Below are positions 31,100 to 42,756 of a stretch of 64,000 nt of DNA, one piece after another. Position 1 is the first letter of the stretch. Every line of letters begins with the position of its first letter. The translations under genes and the position numbers were made by a program. Where the stretch lies: the NCBI RefSeq assembly GCF_016903815.1, contig NZ_CP069973.1, one strand, 5' to 3'. The DNA comes from Escherichia coli. GTDB lineage: Bacteria > Pseudomonadota > Gammaproteobacteria > Enterobacterales > Enterobacteriaceae. Under the pieces are notes generated by a model that had not been told where the DNA came from, did no database searches, and saw only the letters and a program-made list of their open reading frames with translations.

Positions 31100-33202
31100 A
31101 TGAAGATTTTTTCCGTCCGACAGACCGTTTTGCCCGCACTGCTTGTCCTTTCCCCTGTTGTTTTTGCCGCTGATGAACAGACCATGATTGTCAGTGCCAC
31201 GCCGCAGGTGGTTTCAGAACTGGATACCCCAGCAGCCGTGAGCGTGGTGAATGGCGAGGAGATGCGTCTGGCAACACCGCGCATTAACTTGTCTGAATCA
31301 CTGACCGGCGTGCCTGGTTTGCAGGTACAAAACCGGCAGAACTATGCGCAAGATTTACAGCTGTCGATTCGCGGATTTGGCTCCCGCTCCACTTACGGAA
31401 TTCGTGGTATTCGCCTGTATGTGGACGGTATTCCCGCCACCATGCCCGACGGACAAGGGCAAACATCCAACATCGATTTAAGCAGTGTACAAAATGTGGA
31501 AGTGCTGCGCGGCCCCTTCTCTGCTCTGTATGGCAACGCGTCTGGCGGTGTAATGAATGTCATCACCCAGACCGGACAACAGCCACCAACCATTGAAGCC
31601 AGTAGTTACTACGGCAGTTTTGGCAGCTGGCGCTATGGGCTGAAAGCAACAGGCGCAATGGGCGACGGCACTCAGCCTGGCGATGTCGATTACACCGTCT
31701 CAACAACGCGCTTTACGACCCACGGCTATCGTGATCATAGTGGCGCACAGAAAAATTTAGCCAATGCCAAACTGGGCGTACGCATTGATGACGCCAGCAA
31801 ATTAAGCCTGATTTTCAATAGTGTGGATATCAAAGCAGATGACCCAGGTGGGCTAACCGAAGCAGAATGGAAGGCGAATCCGCAACAAGCGCCACGCGCT
31901 GAACAGTACGACACGCGAAAAACCATCAAGCAAACTCAGGCTGGGTTGCGCTATGAACGTAGCCTGAGCGCACAAGATGATATGAGTGTGATGATGTATG
32001 CCGGGGAGCGAGAAACGACCCAGTACCAGTCAATCCCGATGGCACCACAACTTAACCCGTCGCATGCGGGCGGCGTGATTACTCTGCAACGCCATTATCA
32101 GGGGATAGACAGCCGCTGGACACACCGTGGCGAGCTGGGCGTTCCGCTCACGTTCACTACCGGCCTGAACTACGAAAACATGAGTGAAAATCGCAAAGGC
32201 TACAATAACTTCCGCCTGAATAGCGGCGTGCCGGAATACGGGCAAAAAGGTGAGTTGCGCCGCGACGAACGCAATCTGATGTGGAACGTCGATCCCTATT
32301 TACAGACGCAGTGGCAGCTGAGCGAAAAACTGTCGCTGGATGCTGGCGTGCGCTACAGCTCCGTGTGGTTTGATTCCAACGACCATTACGTTACTCCGGG
32401 TAACGGCGATGACAGCGGTGATGCCAGTTATCACAAATGGCTACCTGCCGGATCGTTAAAATATGCAATGACCGACGCCTGGAATATCTATCTGGCAGCC
32501 GGGCGTGGTTTTGAAACGCCGACGATTAATGAGCTCTCTTATCGCGCTGATGGGCAAAGCGGTATGAACTTTGGTTTAAAACCATCCACCAACGATACAA
32601 TTGAAATCGGCAGTAAAACGCGTATTGGTGATGGGCTGCTTAGTCTCGCATTGTTTCAGACCGACACTGATGATGAAATTGTTGTCGATAGCAGTAGCGG
32701 TGGGCGTACGACCTACAAAAATGCCGGAAAGACCCGTCGTCAAGGAGCTGAAATGGCATGGGATCAACGTTTCGCGGGAGATTTTCGCGTAAAAGCGTCC
32801 TGGACCTGGCTTGATGCGACCTATCGCAGCAATGTGTGCAATGAACAGGATTGTAACGGTAACCGGATGCCAGGGATCGCCCGTAATATGGGCTTTGCGT
32901 CGATAGGTTATGTACCGGAAGATGGCTGGTATGCAGGCACGGAAGCGCGTTATATGGGTGATATTATGGCAGATGATGAAAATACGGCCAAAGCGCCGTC
33001 TTATACTCTCGTCGGCTTATTCACCGGGTATAAATACAATTACCACAATTTAACTGTGGATTTATTTGGTCGTGTCGATAATTTATTCGATAAAGAATAC
33101 GTTGGTTCTGTCATTGTCAATGAGTCAAACGGGCGATATTACGAACCTGCACCCGGGCGAAATTATGGTGTCGGCATGAATATTGCGTGGCGATTTGAGT
33201 AA
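31100..33202 (+). CDS. yncD: TonB-dependent outer membrane receptor
   Basis: 700 aa; signal peptide; C-terminal ...AWRFE; recognised as YncD. Confidence 0.9.
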   Translation: MKIFSVRQTVLPALLVLSPVVFAADEQTMIVSATPQVVSELDTPAAVSVVNGEEMRLATPRINLSESLTGVPGLQVQNRQNYAQDLQLSIRGFGSRSTYGIRGIRLYVDGIPATMPDGQGQTSNIDLSSVQNVEVLRGPFSALYGNASGGVMNVITQTGQQPPTIEASSYYGSFGSWRYGLKATGAMGDGTQPGDVDYTVSTTRFTTHGYRDHSGAQKNLANAKLGVRIDDASKLSLIFNSVDIKADDPGGLTEAEWKANPQQAPRAEQYDTRKTIKQTQAGLRYERSLSAQDDMSVMMYAGERETTQYQSIPMAPQLNPSHAGGVITLQRHYQGIDSRWTHRGELGVPLTFTTGLNYENMSENRKGYNNFRLNSGVPEYGQKGELRRDERNLMWNVDPYLQTQWQLSEKLSLDAGVRYSSVWFDSNDHYVTPGNGDDSGDASYHKWLPAGSLKYAMTDAWNIYLAAGRGFETPTINELSYRADGQSGMNFGLKPSTNDTIEIGSKTRIGDGLLSLALFQTDTDDEIVVDSSSGGRTTYKNAGKTRRQGAEMAWDQRFAGDFRVKASWTWLDATYRSNVCNEQDCNGNRMPGIARNMGFASIGYVPEDGWYAGTEARYMGDIMADDENTAKAPSYTLVGLFTGYKYNYHNLTVDLFGRVDNLFDKEYVGSVIVNESNGRYYEPAPGRNYGVGMNIAWRFE

Positions 33203-33210
33203 TTACCTTG

Positions 33211-33238
33211 ATGCCCGGTATTTGCCGGGCATTTAATT
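33211..33238 (+). terminator. Rho-independent terminator after yncD
   Basis: atgcccgg-tatttg-ccgggcat followed by an A/T-rich tail. Confidence 0.55.
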
Positions 33239-33903
33239 TAACGATTGTATTGCTGGTATAAAATAGCAATATTTTGTTGCATAATTTCAGCAAGACAATG
33301 CCTGCATCCCTCTTTGTCTTTTGCTTTTAACGCGGCGAGTAATAGACGATAGTTTTCTATACGCTCCCGTAATTCCGCTGGATTAATCGCTTCATAGAGA
33401 TAATGTAAACCAGGTCCCATCCTGACCCACAGTTGCTCAATCATCTCACACAGGATGGGCATATTTGAACGATGATAAATCGCTAAGCGAAATAGCCTGT
33501 TCGCATTAACGATTTGTTCCATGTCGCCCTTTTCTTGCGCCTGCTGTAATTTCTCGAGCAATTCCTCGAGTTCCGCCAGGTCTTGCGGGGTGAGGTTTTC
33601 AACAGCCAGAGTAACTGCCATTAATTCCAGCTCGTAGCGGATCCGATTGATTTCGTCTAATTGACGTTTCCCCACTTCCGGAACTGTAAATGCTTGCGCT
33701 GGTGCGACAGAAAGCGCATTCACCGAAACCAGACGTAATAATGCTTCACGCACGGGTGTAATACTCATACCTAATTGCTCCGCCAGATTTTTAGTAATCA
33801 GGCGTACGCCAGGTTTTAGTGCGCCAATACTAAGCTGATGTTTCAGGTCGTTCTCAACCTTCATAGTTAAACTGATATGCGGTATTTTTTCCGTTCCAGG
33901 CAT
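33238..33903 (-). CDS. mcbR: GntR-family transcriptional regulator McbR/YncC
   Basis: 221 aa; HTH N-terminus with FCD domain; synteny. Confidence 0.85.
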   Translation of the reverse strand: MPGTEKIPHISLTMKVENDLKHQLSIGALKPGVRLITKNLAEQLGMSITPVREALLRLVSVNALSVAPAQAFTVPEVGKRQLDEINRIRYELELMAVTLAVENLTPQDLAELEELLEKLQQAQEKGDMEQIVNANRLFRLAIYHRSNMPILCEMIEQLWVRMGPGLHYLYEAINPAELRERIENYRLLLAALKAKDKEGCRHCLAEIMQQNIAILYQQYNR

Positions 33904-34101
33904 GTTATTTCCTTTAGGCGTTTTCGTTCCAACTCTGCCAGCATAGCAGAAGTCGTTTACCTGGCGTATGAAGCTGAATAATCATTATCCACTCACCTTT
34001 ATTGTTATTAGCTACAGAACAGAGAAGTGATAAGTTAATTAAAGCTGGAAATAAGATTTTTGCCTGGATTTTTATGGCGGCTTTACGCCGCCGTCGTATC
34101 T

Positions 34102-35139
34102 TTAATCATCACCCGCCACGCGGATCACCACTTTGCCGAAGTTTTTACCCTTCAGCAGGCCGATAAATGTCTGTGGCGCATTCTCTAAACCGTCAGTAAT
34201 TTCTTCGCGGTAGTGGATTTTATCCTCTTTCACCCATTGCCCCATCTCCTTCTGAAACTCATGGATGCGGTGACCATAATCCTGAGCGATAATAAATCCT
34301 TGCAAGCGAATACGTTTTTTCAGCACCGTAGCCATCAGCAGAGGTAAACGATCCGGACCGGGTGGTAGCTCTGTAGCGTTATAGCTGCTCACTAAGCCGA
34401 AGACGGGAATGCGCGCAGATGTATTAAGTAACGGTAGCACCGCATCAAATACCTTACCGCCCACGTTTTCATAATAGATATCAATACCTTTTGGGCACGC
34501 TTTCGTCAGTTGTTCGGCAAAATCATCCGCATGGTGATCAAGGCAAACATCAAAACCTAACACCTCGGTAGCATGGCGGCATTTTTCCGCGCCACCGGCC
34601 ACCCCCACCACCCTGCAACCTTTAAGTTTGCCGATTTGACCCACCGTCGCCCCCACAGGACCTGTCGCCGCAGCAACAACCAATGTTTCGCCCTCTTTGG
34701 GCTGACCGATATCCAGCAGCCCCATATAAGCGGTAAAGCCTGGCATCCCCAGCACACCCAGCGACCACGATGGATTTTGCGGATGATCGCCAAGTTTCAC
34801 CAGTTCATCACCACTGGATATGTCATAGTCCTGCCATCCACTGTAGCCCAGCACCCAGTCGCCAGGCTGATAATCAGGATGATTCGACTCCACGACACGG
34901 CTCACCGTACCGCCGACCATCACGCCGCCAATATCAACAGGCGGTGAATAAGATGGCTCATCGCTCATACGTCCACGCATATACGGGTCCAGGGACAAAT
35001 AAACTGTGCGCAGTAACACCTGTCCTTCACTCGGTGTGGCGACATCATCTTCTTCAAGACGAAAGTTCTCCGGAACCGGCGCGCCATGCGGACGCGAGGC
35101 CAGAACCCAACGTCGATTACGCTGCTTTTGTTGCCCCAT
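34102..35139 (-). CDS. curA: NADPH-dependent curcumin/enone reductase (MDR family)
   Basis: Start taken at MGQQKQRNRRWVLASRPHG, internal Met of the track ORF; 345 aa. Confidence 0.85.
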   Translation of the reverse strand: MGQQKQRNRRWVLASRPHGAPVPENFRLEEDDVATPSEGQVLLRTVYLSLDPYMRGRMSDEPSYSPPVDIGGVMVGGTVSRVVESNHPDYQPGDWVLGYSGWQDYDISSGDELVKLGDHPQNPSWSLGVLGMPGFTAYMGLLDIGQPKEGETLVVAAATGPVGATVGQIGKLKGCRVVGVAGGAEKCRHATEVLGFDVCLDHHADDFAEQLTKACPKGIDIYYENVGGKVFDAVLPLLNTSARIPVFGLVSSYNATELPPGPDRLPLLMATVLKKRIRLQGFIIAQDYGHRIHEFQKEMGQWVKEDKIHYREEITDGLENAPQTFIGLLKGKNFGKVVIRVAGDD

Positions 35140-35319
35140 AATGCTCTCCTGTGCTTTTGGCATGAATCCATCAATAGTAGCAGGCTCGCAGGAATGGTTT
35201 TGTTTGCAGCCGTCACATCCCCTCTGCAACACGCAATAATTTCATCGAGGAATCCGTTGCTTCGGGCTGTTTTCGATAGTATTGATAACGTCATCATCAT
35301 TATTTAATCGAGGCCAAAC

Positions 35320-35838
35320 ATGTCCATCCGTTTTGCCCGCAAAGCCGACTGTGCTGCCATTGCGGAAATTTATAACCACGCCGTGTTGTATACGGCGGCT
35401 ATCTGGAATGACCAAACGGTGGATGCAGATAACCGCATTGCCTGGTTCGAAGCGCGGACTTTAGCAGGTTATCCAGTGCTGGTGAGCGAGGAAAACGGCG
35501 TAGTGACGGGATATGCCTCGTTTGGCGACTGGCGTAGTTTTGATGGTTTTCGCCATACCGTGGAACATTCGGTTTATGTCCATCCCGATCATCAGGGGAA
35601 AGGTCTGGGGCGTAAATTGTTAAGCCGATTGATTGATGAAGCGCGGGATTGCGGGAAGCATGTCATGGTCGCCGGGATCGAATCGCAAAATCAGGCCTCG
35701 CTGCATCTGCACCAGTCGCTGGGATTTGTCGTCACCGCACAAATGCCGCAGGTAGGCACTAAATTTGGTCGTTGGCTGGATCTGACATTTATGCAGTTGC
35801 AACTCGACGAGCGCACTGAACCGGACGCGATTGGATGA
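35320..35838 (+). CDS. mnaT: GNAT N-acyltransferase (L-amino acid N-acyltransferase MnaT)
   Basis: 172 aa; recognised as YncA/MnaT. Confidence 0.85.
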   Translation: MSIRFARKADCAAIAEIYNHAVLYTAAIWNDQTVDADNRIAWFEARTLAGYPVLVSEENGVVTGYASFGDWRSFDGFRHTVEHSVYVHPDHQGKGLGRKLLSRLIDEARDCGKHVMVAGIESQNQASLHLHQSLGFVVTAQMPQVGTKFGRWLDLTFMQLQLDERTEPDAIG

Positions 35839-36284
35839 ATCAGTCGCTTACCCTTGCTTTTTTGATTGCCGCCGGAATTGGTCTGGTGGTGCAAAACACG
35901 CTGATGGTGCGCATCACCCAGAGCTCCTCTACCATTCTCATCGCCATGTTGCTGAACTCTTTGGTAGGAATTGTGCTGTTCGTTTCTATTTTGTGGTTTA
36001 AACAAGGTATGGAGGGGTTTGGTGAACTGGTGTCCAGCGTGCGCTGGTGGACACTTATACCTGGCTTGCTGGGATCGTTTTTTGTCTTCGCCAGTATCAG
36101 CGGATATCAGAATGTGGGAGCGGCGACAACTATTGCGGTACTGGTCGCCAGCCAGCTGATTGGCGGTCTGGTGCTGGATATCTTCCGCAGCCATGGCGTA
36201 CCACTACGAGCGTTGATCGGCCCAATTTGTGGCGCAATTTTACTTGTGGTTGGCGCCTGGCTGGTGGCCAGACGCTCATTTTAA
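35835..36284 (+). CDS. ydcZ: DMT-superfamily inner membrane protein
   Basis: 149 aa hydrophobic; 4-nt overlap with mnaT. Confidence 0.8.
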   Translation: MNQSLTLAFLIAAGIGLVVQNTLMVRITQSSSTILIAMLLNSLVGIVLFVSILWFKQGMEGFGELVSSVRWWTLIPGLLGSFFVFASISGYQNVGAATTIAVLVASQLIGGLVLDIFRSHGVPLRALIGPICGAILLVVGAWLVARRSF

Positions 36285-36518
36285 TCAGAGGATGGTGCCG
36301 CCTTTGGTTAACTGTTCATGGCGCGCTTCCATATCTTCTTTATGTTTGCGACCGTGATGGGCGATCGCTGTGCGCAGACGCTGCTGCTGGGTATAGCGTT
36401 CTTCCCGACTTAACTCCGCATCATCGCTCAGGGCGATTAATAATTCGTTCATATGGGCAATGACGCTCTCTTCAATCGCGGCATCCACGCGCGCGATGAC
36501 TTCATCCAGATGCGACAT
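36285..36518 (-). CDS. ydcY: Small uncharacterised protein YdcY
   Basis: 77-aa ORF; synteny. Confidence 0.65.
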   Translation of the reverse strand: MSHLDEVIARVDAAIEESVIAHMNELLIALSDDAELSREERYTQQQRLRTAIAHHGRKHKEDMEARHEQLTKGGTIL

Positions 36519-36603
36519 ACTTTCTCCTTAGCCACTTGTGAAATTTATCGATTCATCCAAATGATATAAGTCTGCGTGGTGCCGTCAAGCCAGTGAGTAA
36601 GAT

Positions 36604-36777
36604 TTAAAACAGTGAAAACAACAGCGCCACCGGGAAACTCATCGGCCATGTTGCCCCCACCAGAAAGGCGCTTAAGAAACGGATGCGTTTCTTATCGTGA
36701 GAAAGAAACCAGGTGATAAGAAATGAGATTGCTGCCATAACCGCATAAAAAACAAGCATATGTTGATAGAGAGACAT
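36604..36777 (-). CDS. ortT: Orphan membrane toxin OrtT (YdcX)
   Basis: 57 aa from MSLYQHMLVFYAVMAAISFLITWFLSHDKKRIRFLSAF..., internal Met of the track ORF. Confidence 0.7.
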   Translation of the reverse strand: MSLYQHMLVFYAVMAAISFLITWFLSHDKKRIRFLSAFLVGATWPMSFPVALLFSLF

Positions 36778-37163
36778 GTACGGGCGTCCAGCCAGATGAA
36801 TAAAACGCGCGCAAATATGCGTCATTTTTTGACGTACATCAAGTTTTTTAACCGGTTTGAGAAAAAAACATCAAACAGCAACTTGCCCTTATCCATCTTC
36901 AGAATGAGTATTATTGCGGATTTTCTTAACCCGTACTATACACATAGGGGCAATGATAAAAGGTGGCAAAAATGAATGTTTCCAGTAGAACTGTAGTACT
37001 GATAAATGTCTTTGCTGCTGTTAGTTTGTTTACTCTTATCTCTATGAGATTTGGCTGGTTTATTTGATGTAGTGATTTTGCACGCAGCACGTACTGTCAG
37101 AGAAATCAGTGCTCTGACAGTACGCAAGATCTTCTCATACTCTTACGATCTGCAATATTATCC

Positions 37164-38588
37164 TTAATGTTTAACCATGACGTGGCGGACGACGGTGTAA
37201 TCCTCCAGCCCATAAAGTGACATATCCTTGCCGTAACCAGAAAGTTTCTGCCCACCGTGCGGCATTTCACTTACCAGCATGAAATGGGTATTGACCCAGG
37301 TACAACCATATTGCAGCCGCGCGCTGACGCGATGCGCCCTGCCCACATCTTTCGTCCATACCGAGGATGCAAGTCCATACTGGCTGTCATTTGCCCAGTT
37401 TACCACCTGTTCTTCATTGTCGAAGAGCGTAACACTCACTACTGGACCAAATACCTCTTTTTGCACGATGGCATCGTCCTGTAATGCGCCAGCCAGTAGC
37501 GTCGGCGCATAGTAATAGCCATTACCCTTGCGCTTTTCACCGCCAGTGATCACTTTGATGTGCCCTGTCGCTTTCGCCTCTTCTACCGCCTTGCTGACGC
37601 GTTCGAGATGCGCCAGCGAACTTAAAGGTCCAAGCTCCGTAGAGTCGTCATCCGGCGCACCCGATTTTAACGTTGCCACTGCAGCACCAAGTTTTTCCAC
37701 CAGCGTATCGTAAATGCCTTTTTGCGCATAGATCCGACAAGCCGCTGTACAATCCTGTCCGGCATTGTAATAGCCAAAAGTACGTACACCTTCGACCACC
37801 GCTTCAATATCCGCATCATCAAAAACTATCACTGGCGCTTTGCCACCAAGTTCCATATGAGTACGCTTTATGGACGGCGCGGTATGGCTGATGATGTGCT
37901 CGCCGGTGGCGATAGAGCCCGTCAGCGACACCATCCGCACTTTGGGATGACCGGTCAGCGGATCGCCCACCGTTTTGCCTCTGCCAAACAGTACGTTAAT
38001 CACGCCTGCCGGGAAGATATCTTTCGCCAGCTCTGCCAACTTCAACGCGGTCAGCGGGGTAATTTCTGATGGTTTAAGCACTACACAGTTCCCTGCCGCC
38101 AGCGCCGGAGCCAGTTTCCACGCGGCCATCATCAGCGGATAATTCCACGGTGCGATCGAAGCCACGACCCCCAACGGATCGCGACGGATCATCGAAGTAT
38201 GACCTTCAAGATATTCACCTGCCGCCAGACCATTCAGACAGCGCGCCGCACCAGCGAAAAAGCGAAAAACATCGACAATCGCCGGGATTTCATCATTGAA
38301 CGCACTATGCAGCGGTTTGCCACAATTACGGGACTCCAGTTCGGCAAAAACCTGACCATTTTCTTCGATAACATCAGCCAGTTTCAGCAGACATTCCGCA
38401 CGCACTTTCGGCGTGGTTTGCCCCCATTCGGCAAATGCTGCATCTGCCGCGCGCACAGCAGCATCGACCTGCTCTGCGGATGCCTCGGCAATCTCCAGTA
38501 AAACGTCCCCCGTTGCCGGATTATAGACAGGCTGTTTTTCCCCTTCGCCGCTAACCAGTTCTCCGTTAATCAGTAACTTATGTTGCAT
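37164..38588 (-). CDS. patD: Gamma-aminobutyraldehyde dehydrogenase
   Basis: 474 aa; aldehyde dehydrogenase family; [27 protein letters not shown]. Confidence 0.9.
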   Translation of the reverse strand: MQHKLLINGELVSGEGEKQPVYNPATGDVLLEIAEASAEQVDAAVRAADAAFAEWGQTTPKVRAECLLKLADVIEENGQVFAELESRNCGKPLHSAFNDEIPAIVDVFRFFAGAARCLNGLAAGEYLEGHTSMIRRDPLGVVASIAPWNYPLMMAAWKLAPALAAGNCVVLKPSEITPLTALKLAELAKDIFPAGVINVLFGRGKTVGDPLTGHPKVRMVSLTGSIATGEHIISHTAPSIKRTHMELGGKAPVIVFDDADIEAVVEGVRTFGYYNAGQDCTAACRIYAQKGIYDTLVEKLGAAVATLKSGAPDDDSTELGPLSSLAHLERVSKAVEEAKATGHIKVITGGEKRKGNGYYYAPTLLAGALQDDAIVQKEVFGPVVSVTLFDNEEQVVNWANDSQYGLASSVWTKDVGRAHRVSARLQYGCTWVNTHFMLVSEMPHGGQKLSGYGKDMSLYGLEDYTVVRHVMVKH

Positions 38589-38609
38589 AGCATATTCCTG
38601 TATCAGTGG

Positions 38610-39404
38610 TTATTGACCATTGTCGCCTTCGCGGGTTAGCCACCAGGCCCCCAGGATCGGCAAGGTTGTTACCAACATAACCAGCAGTGCCACCACGTTG
38701 GTTACCGGTACATCACGCGGTCGCCCAAGCTGATTGAGCAACCACAACGGTAACGTTCGTTCATGACCTGCCGTAAAGGTCGTCACGATGATTTCATCGA
38801 ACGACAAGGCAAACGCCAGCATTCCTCCTGCCAGTAACGCCGAACTGAGATTCGGCAACACTACGTAGCGGAAGGTTTGCCAGCCATTGGCCCCAAGATC
38901 CATTGACGCCTCAACCAGACTCCACGAGGTGCGGCGAAAACGGGCGATGACATTGTTAAACACCACAACTACACAAAAAGTCGCATGACCGACCACGATG
39001 GTGAAAAATCCCGGCTCCAGATTGATGGTTTTAAAGGCGGTTAACAACGCCAGACCAGTGACAATGCCCGGCAGCGCAATGGGCAGCAGCAGTAACAGCG
39101 AAATGGCGTTTTTGCCGAAAAAGTCTCGTCGCCACAGCGCGGCAGCGGCCAGCGTCCCTAACACCAGCGCCATTAATGTCGCCAGCGCCGCCACTTTAAG
39201 TGACAGTGTCACGGCATCAAGAATATCACTACGCTGTGCTGCCACGCTAAACCAGCGCAGCGTCAGGCCCTGCGGTGGAAAACTAAACGCCGCATCTTCA
39301 GTGTTAAACGCATAGGCGGCGATAATCAGGATGGGAAAATGTAGGAAAACCACGCCGCCCCAGGCCGCCAGTTTGAGGAAAAACGGTGCGCGTTCAGAGT
39401 GCAT
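38610..39404 (-). CDS. ydcV: ABC transporter permease
   Basis: 264-aa membrane protein; in operon with ydcSTU. Confidence 0.85.
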   Translation of the reverse strand: MHSERAPFFLKLAAWGGVVFLHFPILIIAAYAFNTEDAAFSFPPQGLTLRWFSVAAQRSDILDAVTLSLKVAALATLMALVLGTLAAAALWRRDFFGKNAISLLLLLPIALPGIVTGLALLTAFKTINLEPGFFTIVVGHATFCVVVVFNNVIARFRRTSWSLVEASMDLGANGWQTFRYVVLPNLSSALLAGGMLAFALSFDEIIVTTFTAGHERTLPLWLLNQLGRPRDVPVTNVVALLVMLVTTLPILGAWWLTREGDNGQ

Positions 39405-40335
39405 CGAACGCTCCCAGACGTTTCACGAACGCCAGGTACAGTGCGATGAGAACAATCGGCACCAGGGTGAATGCCGCCGCCATCGGCATATTGCCAATCG
39501 CTCCCTGCTGGGAATAAACCATATTGCCGATAAAATATCCTGGAGGGCCAACCAGCTGCGGAACAATAAAATCGCCCAGTGTGAGTGAAAAGGTAAAGAT
39601 AGAGCCAGCGGCAATACCAGGGATTGCCAGCGGCAGCACCACATAGCGAAAGGTTTGCCGTGGACGCGCGCCAAGATCAGCCGACGCCTGCAACAATGAC
39701 GGCGGCAAACGCTCAAGCGCCGCCTGCACGGGCAGGATCATGAACGGCAGCCAGATATAGAGAAACACCAGAAAGCGCCCCAGCCCGGAAGTTGACAGCG
39801 TATTGCCGCCCACCGCAGGTAATGTAAGGAACGCAGTCAGCAGTGGTTCCAGCCCAAGATGTTGTAAAAACCACTGAGCCACGCCATCTTTTGCCAGCAA
39901 TAACGTCCAGGCATAGGCTTTAACAATGTAGCTCGCCCACATCGGCAACATTACCGCAATATAAAAAAACGCTTTCATTTTCCCGCTGGTATAGCGCGCC
40001 ATATACCACGCCATTGGAAAAGCCAGAATGGCGCTGGCGATAGTGACTGCCACAGCCATAGTCAGCGTGCGGAGAATGATGTCGTAATTCGCCGGATTAA
40101 ACAGCGCACGGATATTCGCCAGCGTCAGTTCCGGCGTTACCGACATGGTGAAATCGTCAAAGGTATAAAATCCCTGCCATAACAGTGTCAGCAGCGAGCC
40201 GAAATAGACAATGCCAAACCACATTAGCGGGCCAAGCAGCAGTAAAAACAGCCCCAGCCCCGGATTACGCCAGAAGAAACCGGACACCTTACCCAGACCT
40301 GGACGTGAAGGTGATTGCAATACATTCATCGCCAT
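39394..40335 (-). CDS. ydcU: ABC transporter permease
   Basis: 313-aa membrane protein. Confidence 0.85.
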   Translation of the reverse strand: MAMNVLQSPSRPGLGKVSGFFWRNPGLGLFLLLLGPLMWFGIVYFGSLLTLLWQGFYTFDDFTMSVTPELTLANIRALFNPANYDIILRTLTMAVAVTIASAILAFPMAWYMARYTSGKMKAFFYIAVMLPMWASYIVKAYAWTLLLAKDGVAQWFLQHLGLEPLLTAFLTLPAVGGNTLSTSGLGRFLVFLYIWLPFMILPVQAALERLPPSLLQASADLGARPRQTFRYVVLPLAIPGIAAGSIFTFSLTLGDFIVPQLVGPPGYFIGNMVYSQQGAIGNMPMAAAFTLVPIVLIALYLAFVKRLGAFDAL

Positions 40336-41349
40336 TCACCTCTCCTCAACCAGCGGCACCATCACATCACGCGACCAGGAAACCATCACCTGTTGTCCGG
40401 GCGTGAGCGTGGCAGGCAGTTCTTCGCCTGTCATATTGGCCTGACTCACAAGCAGTTTTTCACCGCCGTTCAATTTCAGTTCAAAACGAGTTGCCGCGCC
40501 CTGATATTGCACCGCCTGGATCGTGCCATTGGCCTGCAGTTCACCAGGGGTGTTGAGGCGGATATGTTCCGGTCGCAGGGCGAAGCTTCCCGTCATGCCA
40601 CAAAGTTTCTCTGCCATCAGTCCATCAAAAACATTCGATGTACCAACGAACCCGGCAACAAACGGCGTGCGCGGGCGCATATAGAGATCGCGCGGGGAAT
40701 CGACCTGCTCAATGCGTCCATTATTGAAAACCGCAACACGATCGGACATCGATAACGCTTCGCCCTGATCGTGGGTAACGAAGATAAAAGTGATACCGAG
40801 AGACTGTTGCAGCTTTTTCAGTTCCAGTTGCATCTGCTCACGCAATTTGAGATCCAGTGCGCCGAGCGGTTCATCCAACAGCAATACGCGCGGTTCATTC
40901 ACCAATGCTCTGGCGATAGCAACCCGCTGGCGCTGACCACCAGAAAGTTGTGACGGTTTACGTTGCTGTACAAACCCCAACGCCACTTTCTCCAGCGCCT
41001 CTTGCGCCATTGCGTGCCGCTGCTTTTTATTCACGCCTTTGACCATCAGCCCATAGGCGACATTGTCAAGAATCGACATATGCGGAAATAGCGCGTAGTC
41101 CTGGAAGACAGTATTCACGTCCCGCTCCCACGGTGGCAGATTGCTGGCGGGTTTACCAAAGATAGAGATAGCCCCGCCGGAAAGCTTTTCGAAGCCAGCA
41201 ATCAGGCGCAGGCAGGTGGTTTTGCCGGAGCCGGACGGCCCCAGCATAGAGAAGAACTCACCATCTTTTATCGCAATACTGACGCCATCTACTGCGCGCA
41301 CGTCACCGTACAACCGCGAGACGTTGTCAAACTCCACTGCGTACGTCAT
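40336..41349 (-). CDS. ydcT: ABC transporter ATP-binding protein
   Basis: 337 aa; Walker A GPSGSGKTT; signature LSGGQRQR. Confidence 0.9.
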   Translation of the reverse strand: MTYAVEFDNVSRLYGDVRAVDGVSIAIKDGEFFSMLGPSGSGKTTCLRLIAGFEKLSGGAISIFGKPASNLPPWERDVNTVFQDYALFPHMSILDNVAYGLMVKGVNKKQRHAMAQEALEKVALGFVQQRKPSQLSGGQRQRVAIARALVNEPRVLLLDEPLGALDLKLREQMQLELKKLQQSLGITFIFVTHDQGEALSMSDRVAVFNNGRIEQVDSPRDLYMRPRTPFVAGFVGTSNVFDGLMAEKLCGMTGSFALRPEHIRLNTPGELQANGTIQAVQYQGAATRFELKLNGGEKLLVSQANMTGEELPATLTPGQQVMVSWSRDVMVPLVEER

Positions 41350-41366
41350 AAAACACCCCAGCGAAG

Positions 41367-42512
41367 TTAGCGACCGCCCATAATGGCAATGTAATCCTGC
41401 GTCCAGCGACTGTAGGGAACAAACTTGCCCCCTTCTGCTATAGGTGTTTTCCAGAAGGCGATTTTATCGAAATAGTTAAAACCGTTGGTTTCACAACCTT
41501 TTTTGCCTAATAACGGACTGGCTTTACACCCTTCCGGCACTACCGGTAACGAGCCAAACCAGGCCGCCACATCGCCCTGCACTTTTGGCGTTAATGACCA
41601 GTTCATCCATTTGTAGGCGCAAACCGGATGTTTCGCTTCACTATGTAGCATGGTGGTGTCAGCCCAACCGGTAACGCCCTCTTTCGGGAATACGGTCGCG
41701 ACAGGCTGGCCTTCGGCTTTCAGGGCGTTGGCCTGATAGGGCCATGCACTGGAAGCAACCACACCCTCGTTTTTGAAATCGCTCATTTGTACGGTAGTGT
41801 CATGCCAGTAGCGATGGATCAAACTATGTTGATCGCGCAGCACTTTCAGCACCGCCTGGTACTGTTCTTCGGTGAGTTGATACGGATCGCTGATGCCCAA
41901 CTGAGGCTGAGTGGCTTTAACGAACAACGCAGCGTCCGCAATGTAGATAGGGCCATCATAAGCCTGAACGCGGCCTTTATTGCTCTTGCCGTCCGGCAGA
42001 TTCTGCTCAACAAAAACCACTTGCCAGCTATCCGGCGGCGTCGGGAAGGTTTTAGTGTTGTACATCAACAGGTTCGGACCCCATTGGTAAGGTGTGCCAT
42101 AAACTTTGCCACTAACGTTAAACCAGTCGCCTTTAACCACGCGCGGATCGAGCGTTTTCCAGTTGGGAATCAATGAGGTATTAATCGGCTGCACGCGTTT
42201 GCCCATAATCAGGCGCAGCGAGGCATCGCCGGATGCCGTAACCAGATCGTAACCCCCTTTGGTCATCAGACTGACCATTTCATCGGAAGTCGCGGCGGTT
42301 TTCACATTCACCGCGCAGCCAGTCTCTTTTTCGAATTGCGTTACCCAGTCGTATTGTTTATCAGTTTGTCCGCGTTCGATGTATCCCGGCCAGGCGATAA
42401 TATCCAGTCGCCCTTCCGGTTTATCTAAATTGGTAGGTGGTTCGGCGGCGTGAGCGGTCATTATTGTCATGGTGAGCGCACACAGGCTGCTGCGGGCAAA
42501 TGTCTTGCTCAT
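41367..42512 (-). CDS. ydcS: Periplasmic substrate-binding protein of a polyamine-type ABC transporter
   Basis: 381 aa; signal peptide. Confidence 0.85.
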   Translation of the reverse strand: MSKTFARSSLCALTMTIMTAHAAEPPTNLDKPEGRLDIIAWPGYIERGQTDKQYDWVTQFEKETGCAVNVKTAATSDEMVSLMTKGGYDLVTASGDASLRLIMGKRVQPINTSLIPNWKTLDPRVVKGDWFNVSGKVYGTPYQWGPNLLMYNTKTFPTPPDSWQVVFVEQNLPDGKSNKGRVQAYDGPIYIADAALFVKATQPQLGISDPYQLTEEQYQAVLKVLRDQHSLIHRYWHDTTVQMSDFKNEGVVASSAWPYQANALKAEGQPVATVFPKEGVTGWADTTMLHSEAKHPVCAYKWMNWSLTPKVQGDVAAWFGSLPVVPEGCKASPLLGKKGCETNGFNYFDKIAFWKTPIAEGGKFVPYSRWTQDYIAIMGGR

Positions 42513-42756
42513 AAAGTCTTACTCCTGTCGTAATTAATTGTTCAGCCGCCGTGCCGTAAAAATATCTCCTTGTTTAACCATAGACGGCGGCTTGCAGGCA
42601 CACCTTCGCCCCTGAGAAAATTTAATCAGGTTGTGAGCTACCGCGCATTATGCCGTCTGTAAGGTTATCTTCTGGAGTATAGACAAGGAGTTAGGAAATA
42701 TGACTGCTATTCGAAATTCATATTACCCAACCTGAGAGGAATTTAATTAAACGCTA

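Noticed and set aside
35691-36194. 167-aa minus-strand ORF overlapping mnaT/ydcZ
   Set aside because: It is antisense to two syntenic genes, and its His/Gln/Arg-rich translation looks non-protein-like.
36760-37127. Two short ORFs (71 and 63 aa) between ortT and patD
   Set aside because: No RBS and low-complexity sequence; the region is better explained as intergenic with the inverted repeat.
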